Below, piece after piece: positions 23,641 through 36,288 of a stretch of DNA of 64,000 nucleotides (the first letter of the stretch is position 1; every line of letters begins with the position of its first letter). This stretch comes from Isurus oxyrinchus (lineage: Eukaryota): NCBI GenBank assembly GCA_026770705.1, contig JANJGN010000039.1, forward strand, positions 8,246,001 through 8,310,000. The letters run 5' to 3'. The notes beneath the pieces were generated by a model. That model saw only the letters and a program-made list of their open reading frames with translations, ran no database searches and had not been told where the DNA came from. A program made the position numbers and the translations under genes.

Positions 23641-26600
23641 TGCACAATTGCTATCTGAAAATGCAATCTGCTTCTCTTATTGATTTGCTGTTTGTGAAAA
23701 GAAACATAGAGCAGGTTCAATGCACATTGACCTATATGCCTCTTGGAGTGGTTTCCGTAAATACCCCAGTCTGATGAACTACAGAGCGATTTAGTTTCTG
23801 CCACTTTCCTAACTCTATGTCACTTCAGGAGCGTTGCTTGCAACGTAATGTAAGCACAAATTAACATTTATCTGTGGCATCATTTGTATGCCATGCAGAT
23901 CCTAAAGTTCAAATTCATTTTAGGGACGTTGTGAATGCTCTGGCTAAAGCAACACAGAGTGAGATCCACTGAACAGTGTTTTTGGTTATGACGCATTTCT
24001 GCAGACTCGGTAGCAACACTAACAGTAGAAAGATAGGCCAAGACACCCGGTGCAGGTTAAAAACGCTGAAAGTGATTTACGTTCATAAAGCAACGTTACA
24101 TCAAGTAGGCATCAGACTGGATTTCACGCTTTTCGGCATTGTGATATTGGGTAAATGCAAAATGAGTGGCCTACTCCCTCTTGTCCTACTCATCCTCCCT
24201 TAGGCGGCCTCCACCTCGTCAATCCATCCAATTCCGGGGAAGAGGCAATGAAAGATGCAAAATGGTGTCCGCATCCAATCGACAGTGAATGCCTGGACGT
24301 CATGCAGCAGAGTGTAATGCTGTGAACAGACAGTCGCTATGGCTACAAGCTCAAAACAACCTATACTCAGACATTTTTTTGAAAAATACTTTTCATTCAA
24401 TGCTCAGGCAAGAAACGAAAAAGTGAGAAATAAAGCTTGAAGATGCAGCCATCTTCTCCAGCACAATCTGCTGCTACATTTGATCATGCTCCTGGAGGCA
24501 GGAGTTCCCTACCGCTCTTTGCCCGTCTCACAATAGCTGCACAAAAACACTTATTTTTCTCATCCGAGCCACAGCAAATGCAATGCACCAAACAGCACAA
24601 CATACGATTGGTTTACTGACAAGCTCAATAACCTGTTAATAAGTAACTTGAGAATGGTTGACCCGCCCATTCTCCATCTGCATTTGGGGAGAAGTAAGTA
24701 CACGACACCATTATACTCGATGCAGGTATCTGATATTTGTGCAGATTCAACGTTTTCGATGGGGGTGGGTGATGCTGGGGAGTGGGGGTGGTAAGCGGGG
24801 TGGGTGCGAGGGGTGATGGGGAGTGTGAGTGTGTAGGTTTGAGCTGCAATTTGGGGAGGAATGTCCAGCCCATCGTTTCGGCTACAGATTTAGGTATTCA
24901 GGAACGAATTGAAGATATACATCCTCAGTTGGGAACCAGACTACTGCGAAAGGATTTGAACTAAAACATGCATGTTGCAGTCTGTCTTAGTTTAGTGCTA
25001 CAAAGTAAACATAAAGGAACGTCCTTTCATATCAAATGACAAAAACATTCATAGATTCGGCATTATGCAGCACTTTCATTTTGGGGAATCATTGGTAGGA
25101 TCAGCATTTTTCCGAGAGCAGATATTATTCTTCTTGCTGTCCATGTGATGCGGTTGCACACACAGTGTTACGAGTGATGGATTTACAGGTGTTTGATCCA
25201 GTGGCATTCAGGGAACGCTAATGTGTCTCGGAGTCAGTGTGGGGTGTGACTTGGAAAGGATTTTGCAATAAGAGTGTTCCCATGCCACTTCTGCTCGTAT
25301 CCTTCCAGGCTTTCGAAGTGAATTGCTCGAAAGGATGACTTTTGCCGACACCTGTCATATATCAGGAGTTGCTGCAATCATACCTTAAAACGGGGCATTG
25401 ACCTGGTGAATTGTGAGACAGGACGACTTGTATGCAAAGCAATGGATGCAGAATGTGATTGACAGGGCTAATTGATCCAACCAGCAAATAACGTTAACTT
25501 AGCTCTGAAGTTCTGCTCATGCCATCTTGAATGATGTTGGACAGAGCAACGAATCAAGGGTGGTGAACACCCCACCAATATCCATATCGGCAATGATTGT
25601 GGAGCGCAGCACATCAGTGCATACACATGGCTCAAGAACTTTCCGCCATATTCAGACTGACGTGAAGGGCGGGTGAAACATCCCGTCCCCCTTCTGAGGA
25701 TGAGAGCGTCACAGATGCCAATTTTGAGCTAATGTGATTCACTGCACTTCATCTAAAGGAATGACTGAAGGAACGGGATGATGCAGAGACTATGGGTCCT
25801 GTCAGATACCGGCAATCGTCCGGGCGTTCAGTGCTCCCGAATAAATCTTCCTAGACAACCTGGTATAGGACAGCTAAAACACTGGCCTCTAAGCGAAAAT
25901 GTGAGCTGTCGCACAGCTGGGTCTATCCACAAAAACAAAACTCGTCAAATCGGACCAATAATTACCCCCTTATCCCCTATTCTTCATCATGAACATATTG
26001 ATGGAATCGGTCATGGTAATTGCTTTCAATCGCCATGTACTAGTGAGCAACTTGCTCACTGATGACCATTTTCTGCTTCGTATGAGCTCCAACTCTCGGT
26101 TCGGCCTTAAACCAAACATGGTCAAAAGTGCTGAATTCACGCGGGGAGTGGAGAGCGGATGTTATTTACATCAAGACAACATTTGAAATTCTGTGGTAAG
26201 AAGGAGATATATCAGGATTCAGGTCAATAAACATAATGGGGAAGCATCTCCATTGATTGCTGTCATACCTATCACAAAGAAGACTTTTTCTTGTTTTGTT
26301 TCTCAGGTGAATCATCTCATCCCGATGAAAGCACTGCACGAGATCCTATGGGCAGTGTCCTGAGTCAAACCACCTTGAGCTTCTTCATCAATTAACTTCT
26401 TTGCAACATATGCCCAGAGGAAGTCTTATGGTAGGGGAGTGAGTGGCAGGAGTGTCTGCTGATGATTGTTTAAATTTCAAAACCATTCGCGATTCAACAG
26501 ATGCTGAAGAAATCTTGCCCGTGTCCACCAAGACCTGGGCAATATCCAGGATTCTGCTGAAAACTGACAAGTCATATTAGACACACAACCGACAGGAAAT

Positions 26601-29600
26601 GACCACCTACGAAAAAAAAGTGTCCAACAATTTCTCATAGATATTTAATGGTATCACCATCGTTTAATTCTCCATTTTGAAGATCCACGGAAAAACCATT
26701 GACTAGAAACTGTGACTAGAAGCGCAAGTCAGGACTGGGAATTCTGTGGCGAGGACATACCCGCCTGACTCTGCAAAACCTTCACTCCATCTATAATGCA
26801 CAATTCAGGAATCTACTGGAATAAACAACAGTTTTCTGGATGAGTTCTGCTTCAATAACATTCAACAATATTGAACTAATCCACGACAAATCAGGCTGCT
26901 TGTTTGACAACTAATGCTTAGCTTTAATGATTCAAGCCGTTTATCTCTAGCGAATAGCTATTCTTACTGATTTTAAAGTTCATTTAAACCATCAACCAAC
27001 ACCTGAGGAAAATAACTTCATCGAAAACGGGAATTTTGGCTTCGCCCAATTCCATTGTTGCTTTCCTAAATATCATTTGGCCACGCCTCTCCATTCAGTG
27101 AGCACCATTTTTCAGAGCGCTAAGAGCACGGGAAACTTATATTCAACCTCATGGCACTTTGTAAAACACGGGCACTGAATATTCCCTTATGTTGACCACC
27201 TCCCGTTCCCCTCAGATGATGAATGAATGAGCATCCATGGACGAATCATAGAATCACAGAATCACAGTGCACAAGAGGCACTTCAGCCCTTCGAGTCTGT
27301 ACTGGCATGTGCAAAACACCTGTCCTGACTACTTAATTACATTTACCAGAAATTGACACATAGCCTTGAAGGTATTGATGTGCCAAGTGCTCATCCAGTT
27401 ACTTTTTAAAGGATGTGAGACAATCTGTCTCTACCACCCTGCCAGGCAGCGCATTAGAGACATTCAACAAACTCAGGGGAAAAAAGTTTTTCCTCCAATC
27501 CCACCTAAAACACCTGCACCTCACGCTTAACTTATGCACTCTTGTGGGGCATAAAACGAAGTTTTGGTGAGTGGCAAGAAACAAAAACTATTGTATGCAG
27601 GTGCTGTCATCGTCTATGACCAAGACAGGTTCGGTAGCACCACTAGTGGCCGATCAGACCGAGTCAGACATATAACCGCTGGATTGGGTCTTTGGAAGGT
27701 GATCAGGGAAACAACAAGGTGCAAAGACCGAAATGAACACGCCTCACCAAACGTCAAGCAACATATGCACCTGCCCATTACAGGAATGATAGGATAGGCC
27801 ACCACATGCTCCTTGTGCAGACATAGTCGGCCCTCACATTGGAAAGTTCCTCCATCGTATAATGTGACACCACCTTTGTGCGATATGGGGTAGTTTTCAA
27901 TCTGATCAGCAACATAAAAGTGGGCATTCATCAGGCAATTTGTGCCATATGCTAGACCAGGGATGTGCACAACCAGAGTTTGCAATTCCAAACCCAATCT
28001 ATCTCCAACTCCTCAATTTTCATGTGGCATTATTATGGTGATGGTTGTGGTGCAGGACAAGCATTCCAAATTCTCCTTTTGGCGTGAGTTTTTGCGCTGT
28101 TGTTATAGCTGTGCTACAATGATTGTTAACAAGATAATTCCTTGAATTACTGGGAATTAGCTGGGATATTCCAATGTGGTGACATTGACGAGACTGACCC
28201 TATGCTTTCTGGAGCTTTGCCAAATGAGAAATGATCTCACTGAATCATAGACCGTTCTTACAGGGTTCGATGTTACAGATGTTGGAGGGATGTGCCCCTG
28301 GCTGATGTGTCTAATATCATGAGAGACAGTATCAGAATAACAGGTGTGCATTTAGGGCAGACATGAGGGGGAATTTCTTCACTCAGAGAGCAGCGAATGT
28401 TTGAAACTATCTCTCCCAACAGCGGCAGAGGCTCAGTCATTGGGAATGTTGAAGGCAGCGCGATGAACCATTTTCTAAATGTTAAATGCATCCAGAGATA
28501 TGCGATAGTGCAAGGAAATGAATTGAATGCATCTTTACAGCTATGATATAATTGAGTAGTTGAACAAGCTCAAGCGGCCAAATTGTTAACTTCTGCTCCC
28601 ACTGCCTCTGCCTCTATGCTCTTTTGTCAGAACCTGCATGTCACTTAGCAATGCGAGATTCAAAAAGAGACAGGGGAGTCCGAAAATGCTTTAATCCAAC
28701 TAATTTCAATCCTCAATACAAATCAAATAAACTTGCAAGTTTTTTTTACATCAGCAGGTAGTGCAGGGCGAGAAATTGAATGGAGCAGAATATTCAGAAC
28801 CAAATTACTACTTGGGGTGTGTAGTTGTTTCAAAATCAGGCCACTTATGGCTCAGTCAGTTGAAATCTCCGTGCTGAGATAGATGTTTAACGATTTGCTT
28901 CCGGCGCCAGGACTTCAGAACAAAGTTCTCGGCTAATGTTCCAATGTCTTAGTAAATTAATTCTGCACTTCCACAAGCAGAACCTTTAAGAAAAGATGTC
29001 AAATTGATTCACGAGGAAAACGTAAAAAGATTCAATTCCACTTTTTCGAGGAGCAACATTGTTGTAGTCCCCTGTGTCCTGAACGAAATTTATACCTCAG
29101 CTAAAATCCACAAAATAATACAATCCGGTCATTGTTAACATTATGTCTATGGAAGCTTAAAGAGCACAAATCACGCTTACTTTAAGTAATTCCATCAACG
29201 TGGTCGTGAACAAAGGCTGTTGAAAATCATTTGTATCAACATACAAGTGAGTAAGACTTCGGAATGTCTTAATCACACACAGCATTGTGATTCAGCCAAG
29301 TTTCCAGATTTCGTAACTTCACACTGATTTGTAAAAATATCGCTGTTAAAAAGTACGTGATTTGACAGGGATTCTGTTGCTTGCGATATTGGAAAACAGG
29401 GGAAAACCGTGAGCAAACACTTTCAATTAGTTCAAGCTGAATTCTGCAGAATGCGAATTTGCCCTTGCATTGATTTTCATAGATACGTTTTATCTCCAAT
29501 TTTAAAGACGGTCTGCACTTGGTCATGACAATTATTGCAGAACGCACCCAAATTCAAGAAATTCCCCAAAGAATAAATACGGTGTCAACACTCTAGAACG

Positions 29601-29761
29601 ATGCATGAAAGATGAAGCAATAGTAAGAAATCAGTTAACATGACACCTAAACTTTGATAACTCTCCAACAGAAAAGGAACGGTTTCACGTTACCAGCAAC
29701 ACCATTTGAGAAGAAAGTCAATATTCACTTATACGTCCACTGATTGTGTTTAGGCTCTTAC

Positions 29762-29831
29762 CAGGTACACCAACAGCTGCGAGAATCGGGTAGTAAATGG
29801 CTTCTATCTTGAGAAGTATAGGTTCTGCCAT
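29762..29831 (-). CDS. First coding exon of GPR139-like GPCR gene B (MAEPILLKIEAIYYPILAAVGVP+G)
   Basis: ATG at 29831, 70 nt, donor CTG|GTAAGA at 29761. The leftover G joins GT at 20823 to give Gly in 'VGVP-G-NVVAIVIL', which completes TM1. Confidence 0.88.
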
Positions 29832-30499
29832 TTTTATGAGAAGATGTCTTTCCTCCTGAGATGGGTAAAAAAGGATGGAATGGAACGATGTGAGCTGGAA
29901 CTTACAAACATACCCTTCTCCTTTGAATTAATATCAGAAACTTAAAATAAACAATGTAAAATCACTGTCGAGACTCGGAAGGAGATACCACATTAATTAA
30001 CCCCAGAATATAAGGGGAAAACTCTCACCAAAGCATTCGTAACAGGGAAGAGAGAAAACCTGCTACATTTTACAGACATGAAGCCCTGTACATAAACATC
30101 CAAACCCACGTCCGCTACCACCTAGAAAGACAAAGGTAACATAGACATGAGAACGCCACCACCAGTAGCTCCTCTCCAAACCCCTCACCGTCCGGATTTG
30201 GAAGTATATCGCCGTTCCTTCACTGCCTCTGTGTCAAAGTACTGGACCTCCACCTTATAACACAGACTACAGCAGCTCAAAAACGCATCTCACTACCATC
30301 TTTTCAAGGACAAATAGGGATGGACAATAAATGCTGGCCTCGCCAGTTTCGCCCACATTCAATGAATGGATAGAATAAGAGAAATTCCTATTGTTAGCCT
30401 GAGTTTGTGAAAATAAACGTACATTAGACAACGAGAACTTCGACAATTGGTTTGTAAGTGTCCCGTATCTGACAAATTGCAATAAAGGCTATTTGCTGT

Positions 30500-30684
30500 G
30501 AGAAGCGCTAATTGAAGCAGAATCACTGAGTCTTTCGGAGAACATGAAATGATCCGTTCAGAGAAACTCTTATTTATACAACAGTTAAATCCCCATTAGC
30601 TCATTCATGTTCCCTGAAGAAATAAATCAATTTCAGTCATTGAACAAACAGGTTACGTCAGTCTCTCTCCTTGTGAAAGCAACC
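30500..30684 (-). promoter_or_regulatory. Candidate core promoter of gene B
   Basis: 179 of 185 positions identical to 5605-5789. Minus-strand TATAAATA at 30578-30571. Confidence 0.6.
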
Positions 30685-31789
30685 ACTTCAAAGTCAAACG
30701 TCCAATATTGGACTGATGTCTGTGGTCAAACCAGTGGAAGGGGCTGCATGTTTTGATCAACGGGTAAATATTATCGGAGGTGGTCAGGGCAGGAAAAGAT
30801 TAAACCACAAGTCGCTGTTGCGGGGAAAATCATCACTAATTTACATCAAAATGAAGCTTAGCAACTCAATGTTCCTGATCCTCCAGACCTAATGGAGAAA
30901 TTTCAGATGTTCCCCATTGTTTTGAGTTTCTGGTCTCATTCTATGTTCCAACAAGGCACTGTGTGATCCTTGTCATTGACTTTCAAGCTCCCAGATGGAA
31001 GACATACGCTGCACTGATCGTTCCATGGATTACGCTGGCACTGACAACTCCATCGGTTACTAGGCCTACAATCCATGGCGTTGCATTGAAATTTGCGCCA
31101 TTCCACCTGGAAGTTATAAATACACGCGGAGGACGTGGAGGGTTTGTCTTGGTTAATTACGTGATGCGTAACACAAGCTGTATGGAGAAGGAGTTTCTTT
31201 TCTCAACCAGAATACTTCAAAATAAAGTGTTCAAGATGATTCCGATCCCATAAATGCTCAATATCCATTCCTGCAGCAGCCAATCATCCTACAGCACCCA
31301 CTCACATACTCCATCCAGAGAGATGTTTGGGCTGATTGAAAAACGATTTTTTCTATAAAATTGTATGATAACTAGAGTACAATGCTGGGAGAATATTCCA
31401 CGTTGAACATTGAACCCTTGGCCCTCAAATGTCTTCTGCCGACTGTCATTGTCCTATTGAGTCACTCATTATAATGAACCCGAATTGTCGTCGCCTCCAG
31501 CTGTTGGTTTGGGCTGCATTTCATACATGGCCAACATCACAAGAATTAAGGGCAGGAGTAGGGCATTCGCCCTCTCGAGTCTGTGCTGCAGCTCTGAAAG
31601 AAAATGGTTTTACCTGATCGTGGCCTCAGCTCCATTTTCCTGCCTGCACTCCTCCAACCAGTGTCACACACCCTACCCCTCCATTGCACCCTGAAAACAC
31701 ACACATACATCCTCATGACCCCAATATCCATTATTCGTCAATAAGCTATCCAAATCACTCTTGAATATGAGGCCTCCCTGAAAAGTTGA

Positions 31790-33150
31790 AAAAGAGGATC
31801 TGTGTCATTTGTGCATTTGATGATGACCTGATAAACAGAGTGATGCAAAGTGGTTCGTCAGTGTGGACCCCTTTCAAGTGACCTGCGGCGCTAAGTAAGA
31901 CACTGTTCATGGCTTCAGCTCTGTTTATCATATACTTGGAAGCCATTCTCCACTATGCACTCAAAGAGCTTGACATCGGTTTGCATTTTCATTTCAGGTC
32001 AAACGCCAACGTTTGCAAAGAGCCAAGAGCAAAACCTTGTTCATAGGTGACTGAACAGCGACTGAGTGAAGTCTTATTCGTGGACCACTGTGCTTTCATA
32101 GGGCAGAATACGGAGACATCCAGCTGCGTGCTCACTCAGAACACTTTCGATTAACAGTATATCTGCAGATAGAGAAGCTGTATCAAATCACCGCTGGTCA
32201 ATTGATCCAAGAAGCCACAGCTGCTCTGAACAAAACACCCCTCTGTTCTGTGAGGAAGTTTGCTAACTCGGCAGAATGCTCTCCAGGAGAACTAACAATG
32301 AGCAAATAAAAAATCACCTGACATAAATGAGTTCGGCATTGGGCAGGCTGCACTCACTGACTTCTGGAAGAAAAACATGGAGCTTCCCTCAGATGGAAGA
32401 TCAAAGCCTATCAAACGGTGTTTTTTTATTGTGTTTTTTTATTTGCAACACCATTGGACTCATGTGGAGAATGCCAACATTCCACAGGCCTCAATAGGTT
32501 AACACGGGAAGCTGCACGACAGGTTGTCTCAAATCTAAAAGCCAAACCCAGAGATTGGAAGCTGCGTCACAGTGAATGGGGTCATAATACTCCCTTGCTA
32601 ACAGCCCTGTGGCTCACCTGCACCATATGAACCGTCCGCCCGGCACACTGGAATCCTGATGCTAAACTACACGGTGCACAGGCCTCCTTCAGGCGACAGG
32701 CACTGTGCGGATGGAGGATTGTCGACAGGTGCAAGGCTGTGATATCTGGATACCTTTGATACCAGCTAAAATTCTGCATAAACGCGGCAGATGTATGGCG
32801 GTCGCCGGACACATGTTTCAGGAAAGGGGTACCTACCGGCAGCTGCATCTGCCACTGAGCATTCCTTGACCAAAGGGCGAACAAATATAAAGTTAGCAGT
32901 GCACGCTCAATGTCGCTGTAAAGCACGGAGGCATTAACACCAGTGAGCAGGTTGAGAATGCTGCCGATCTCTCGGCCTGGCACCATCTGGTCCAGCAAGG
33001 CTAAAACCAGTTTGCAGCTCAGCGACTCGACAGAGAATTGGAAGGGCAGAGGCACAGGAAGCAGAAGAAACCCAAAATGGGCCAAAAGCGAGCCCTACGG
33101 CGGATGGACATATAGGTCCAGAATTGGGCTTCTCAGTCATCTGAATTCTC
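31790..33150 (+). mobile_element. Degenerate RTE-clade LINE (RT to C-terminus)
   Basis: Paralog of 6880-7930 that extends further, to the RTE-type terminal motif 'YRSRIGLLSHL' at about 33110-33145. Confidence 0.7.
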
Positions 33151-33539
33151 CATGAGCCTGAAGGAGCTGGATTACAAGGAACGGCCACTGACAACCTTCT
33201 CAAAGGCAACTTGGGAAGAGCAGTATCTTCTGGCCCATTTATACACAACCCCACCTCATGAAAATATGTATTTTAAAATATAATTGTGAACATAAAAAAA
33301 ACCTTTGGCAACCCCAAATTGAAAATTCATTCAGTGATTTCTACATTTGTGGAGAACAGGTTCAAGTGTGTTAAAGACAAGGAAAGGCGGGCAAAGTTAA
33401 TTTATCCTGCCTGAACGGACGTTGTAAACAAAACATGGAAATCGATTGTCCAATTTAGACTTGGTATAACTTCACAAATGATATCACCTTGATTTTTTTT
33501 GAGTGCACACCTGTCGAAGCGCCGGGGGAATCAATCATC

Positions 33540-33735
33540 AAGATAGTTCAATAGACAAACTGATAGCCAGATAGACAGAGAGATAAGTGCACAGAGATTG
33601 ACATGTGGAAAGAGTGATAGGAAGAGAGAGATAACATGCGAGAGAGAGAGAACAAGACAGTGTGTGCTAGAAAGAGAGTGAGTGTGTGAAAGAGCAAGAT
33701 AGATACATACATTGATAGATATATAGATAGATAAA
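33540..33735. repeat. Degenerate (GATA)/(GA) simple repeat
   Basis: 'agatagacagagagagataag...gagagagagag...gatagatatatagatagata'. Confidence 0.7.
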
Positions 33736-34389
33736 AAGCAATATTATTAGATAAGAATATACTTCTGTAGCTATGAACATGATGGGGTGTAAGACATTTG
33801 CTTCATGCAACAAATAGCCACAGAAGGATAGTGGGTAATTTCAGCTGTGAGGCAGAAAGAGTTTTTTGTGATAATTTGAAAAAAAGAACAGTAACGAAAT
33901 GAATTTCCACATGCGAGTATTGTGCTCGCATAGAACTGGAAATCTCTCCTGACAAATCCTCTTTAATATGGGATCAGAGATAACGGCCTAGAATTCGGAC
34001 CCTGACATTCGCTCCAGATAGCAAATGATACATTAGAGATGCAATAGTTTCCTCGCGACAGGAACAAAAACGTCACCAAGTTACCTGGAAGAGAGAATAA
34101 AGAGGAAGGAACAGAAGTGTTTCACCAGACGTGGAGCCAAGGGAACAGTTTGCCTTGAAATGTCCTAAAACCCTCCGTTCTTTGCGGCATTTAACATATA
34201 AACTGATAATTGGCCTGGGCAACACATTCAGTCACAAAAATGTATCTAAATCCCATTATCAAAAACTGCTCGGACAATCACAAACATAAAGTGAACAATC
34301 TTTGCGCACAATCCACAGAAAGTTCTAAGTGAGGGAGCTGTGTTCAAGAAACGCATTCAAGTGAAAGCGAATATATGGATGAAAATGAG

Positions 34390-34720
34390 ACTTAGCTGTA
34401 CACTCAGTATTTGTTTGCAACAAGGCAGTCGGAGGTGCAGATCGTTTGTTCCTATGCGTCACAAGGATCAACAGTGGGCTTTAGAAAACGGGAACAGCCT
34501 GAGAGCCACGGCTGGGAGCTTCAGTTTCTGGAAGGAGTTCGATGTGGAAGCTGGAGGTCGAGCCTGTGAGAGATCGAAGCTGGGGGAAGGCAATGAACTC
34601 TGCTTTCAAGACATTGAGGCAGATGCACTGTTGGAACAGGAGGACATGGTTTAGGGACGAGGGGAAACTGAAGTAATGGTGGATTGAAAGAGCAAGTGAT
34701 TTCCTCTTTCAAAAGGAGAT
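34390..34720 (+). mobile_element. CR1 ORF2 endonuclease 5' fragment
   Basis: Decayed N-terminal APE-domain layout: 'ggctgggagcttcagttt' (WEL) and 'gagatcgaagctgggggaaggcaatgaactctgc' (DR..GKGGGV). Confidence 0.45.
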
Positions 34721-36288
34721 TAAGCTGCACAGGGTAATGGAAACATATAAATACGAATTTAGAGTCGAAGTAGAGAAACCGGCTCTTCGAGCCAGCCCCG
34801 CCATTCAATAACATTATGGTTCATATGATTGTGGACGCAATTCCACATTCCCTCCACCTCCAATAACATTTGATACCCTTGGGACGCAAGAGAATATCTG
34901 TCTCTGCCTGAATAGATATCCAATCAGCCTCCCTACACAGCACTTGCGGGAAGAGAGTTCCAAAGCCCTTGAACACAATGACTTAAAAAAATCGCTTCCA
35001 CCTCCCTTTCAGCGGGAGACCCACAACTTGAAAACTGTTCTCCCTTTGCTCCAAACTCCACGACAAGGGAAACTTTCTCTTTGCATCAAATACGGACGAT
35101 GCCTCAGGATCTAACCTATTTCAAAGCACCTCTCATTTTCCAGACTCCAATCAACAAATGTTGACAAAGTTTCTGAGTAAGTTAACACCCAAACCACCAA
35201 AACCCTCCACCAACCCAGCATCACAAGCATCTGCAGACTGAATGTTATATCAACTGATTCTAATTAGTTGATATCCTTTCTTAAATTTGGAGACCAAAAC
35301 TGTGCACAGTACCTTAGATGTGATATCGGCAACGTTCTACACAACTGCAGTAAGACATCACTACTTCAATAATCAATTTTCTTTGCAATTAACAAAGTGC
35401 AGAATTCTATTTGCCTTGCTGTGCCTGCATATTAACATCGTGTGTCATGAGAAATCTATGAATTGCAATAAAACAACTGATGTGACTTTGAACTGTGAGC
35501 CTGTGTGGCTCTTGTCCAGAGAGAGGGAAAAACTTCTGAATAAGTAGTTTCCTATAAATATATACATAGTATTTTGACAACATATCGATTAATGAAGATG
35601 ACTGAAAAACACATTGTCCTTCATTGAATTTTGCAGGCACATATTGCTAAGCCATTGTGCTAATAGTGAGACACCATCATTGAATATTGTTTCTATTTAA
35701 TCCGTTCTAAAAAATAATGGCAAATGAGCATCCATTACAGCAGGTTTCGAATTCGAAAGTGATAAACACATATCGGGAATGATGAAACTCATCTGACCTG
35801 GAAGATCCGCACCATGTCTTCAAATCTCAATATTTCATGGTGTCTTCTTTTTCACTGGTGATGGTGCCGTCCCTGGAAATTTCGGAAGCGAGAGGCAGAA
35901 TTTCATTTGTAGTTGATAGAATGGCGAGACATGTATTATACAAACACGTTGAATTTATTTAATACGTTCGCAGATGGATGTGTTTTCGAGTATTTAGTGA
36001 ATTTAGGAATATGGTCACAGTACGGGAAGATCGATTTGAGATAGAAGATCACTTGATTGGTGGAGGAGACTCGAAAGGCCAATGCCTTTCTCCAGCTCAT
36101 ATTTCATATGTTCTCCCAATGTACATGCCGTACTGGTTCTTATCCGTCGTGAAGATTGCTCGTTTGGAATGTTCTATCAAGCTTTTAGCCACCAGTGTAT
36201 TGCATCCTGTTGATCGTAGAGACGAGCAGCTATGTGCCCCGATTTTGCAGAGGGTCGTTTTTATTGCTGGTGGTTTGGGTGCCAGATG

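Larger units (their letters stand above)
24968..35366. repeat. Segmental duplication copy B (distal intron, first coding exon and upstream region of gene B)
   Basis: Direct colinear paralog of 1-8593 at an offset of about 24.9 kb. Has an extra ~2.1 kb (about 32632-34718) and lacks ~180 bp present near 7575-7745 in copy A. Confidence 0.95.

Noticed and set aside
32582-33085. 167-aa minus-strand ORF as a gene
   Set aside because: Antisense to the decayed RTE element; no independent coding signal.
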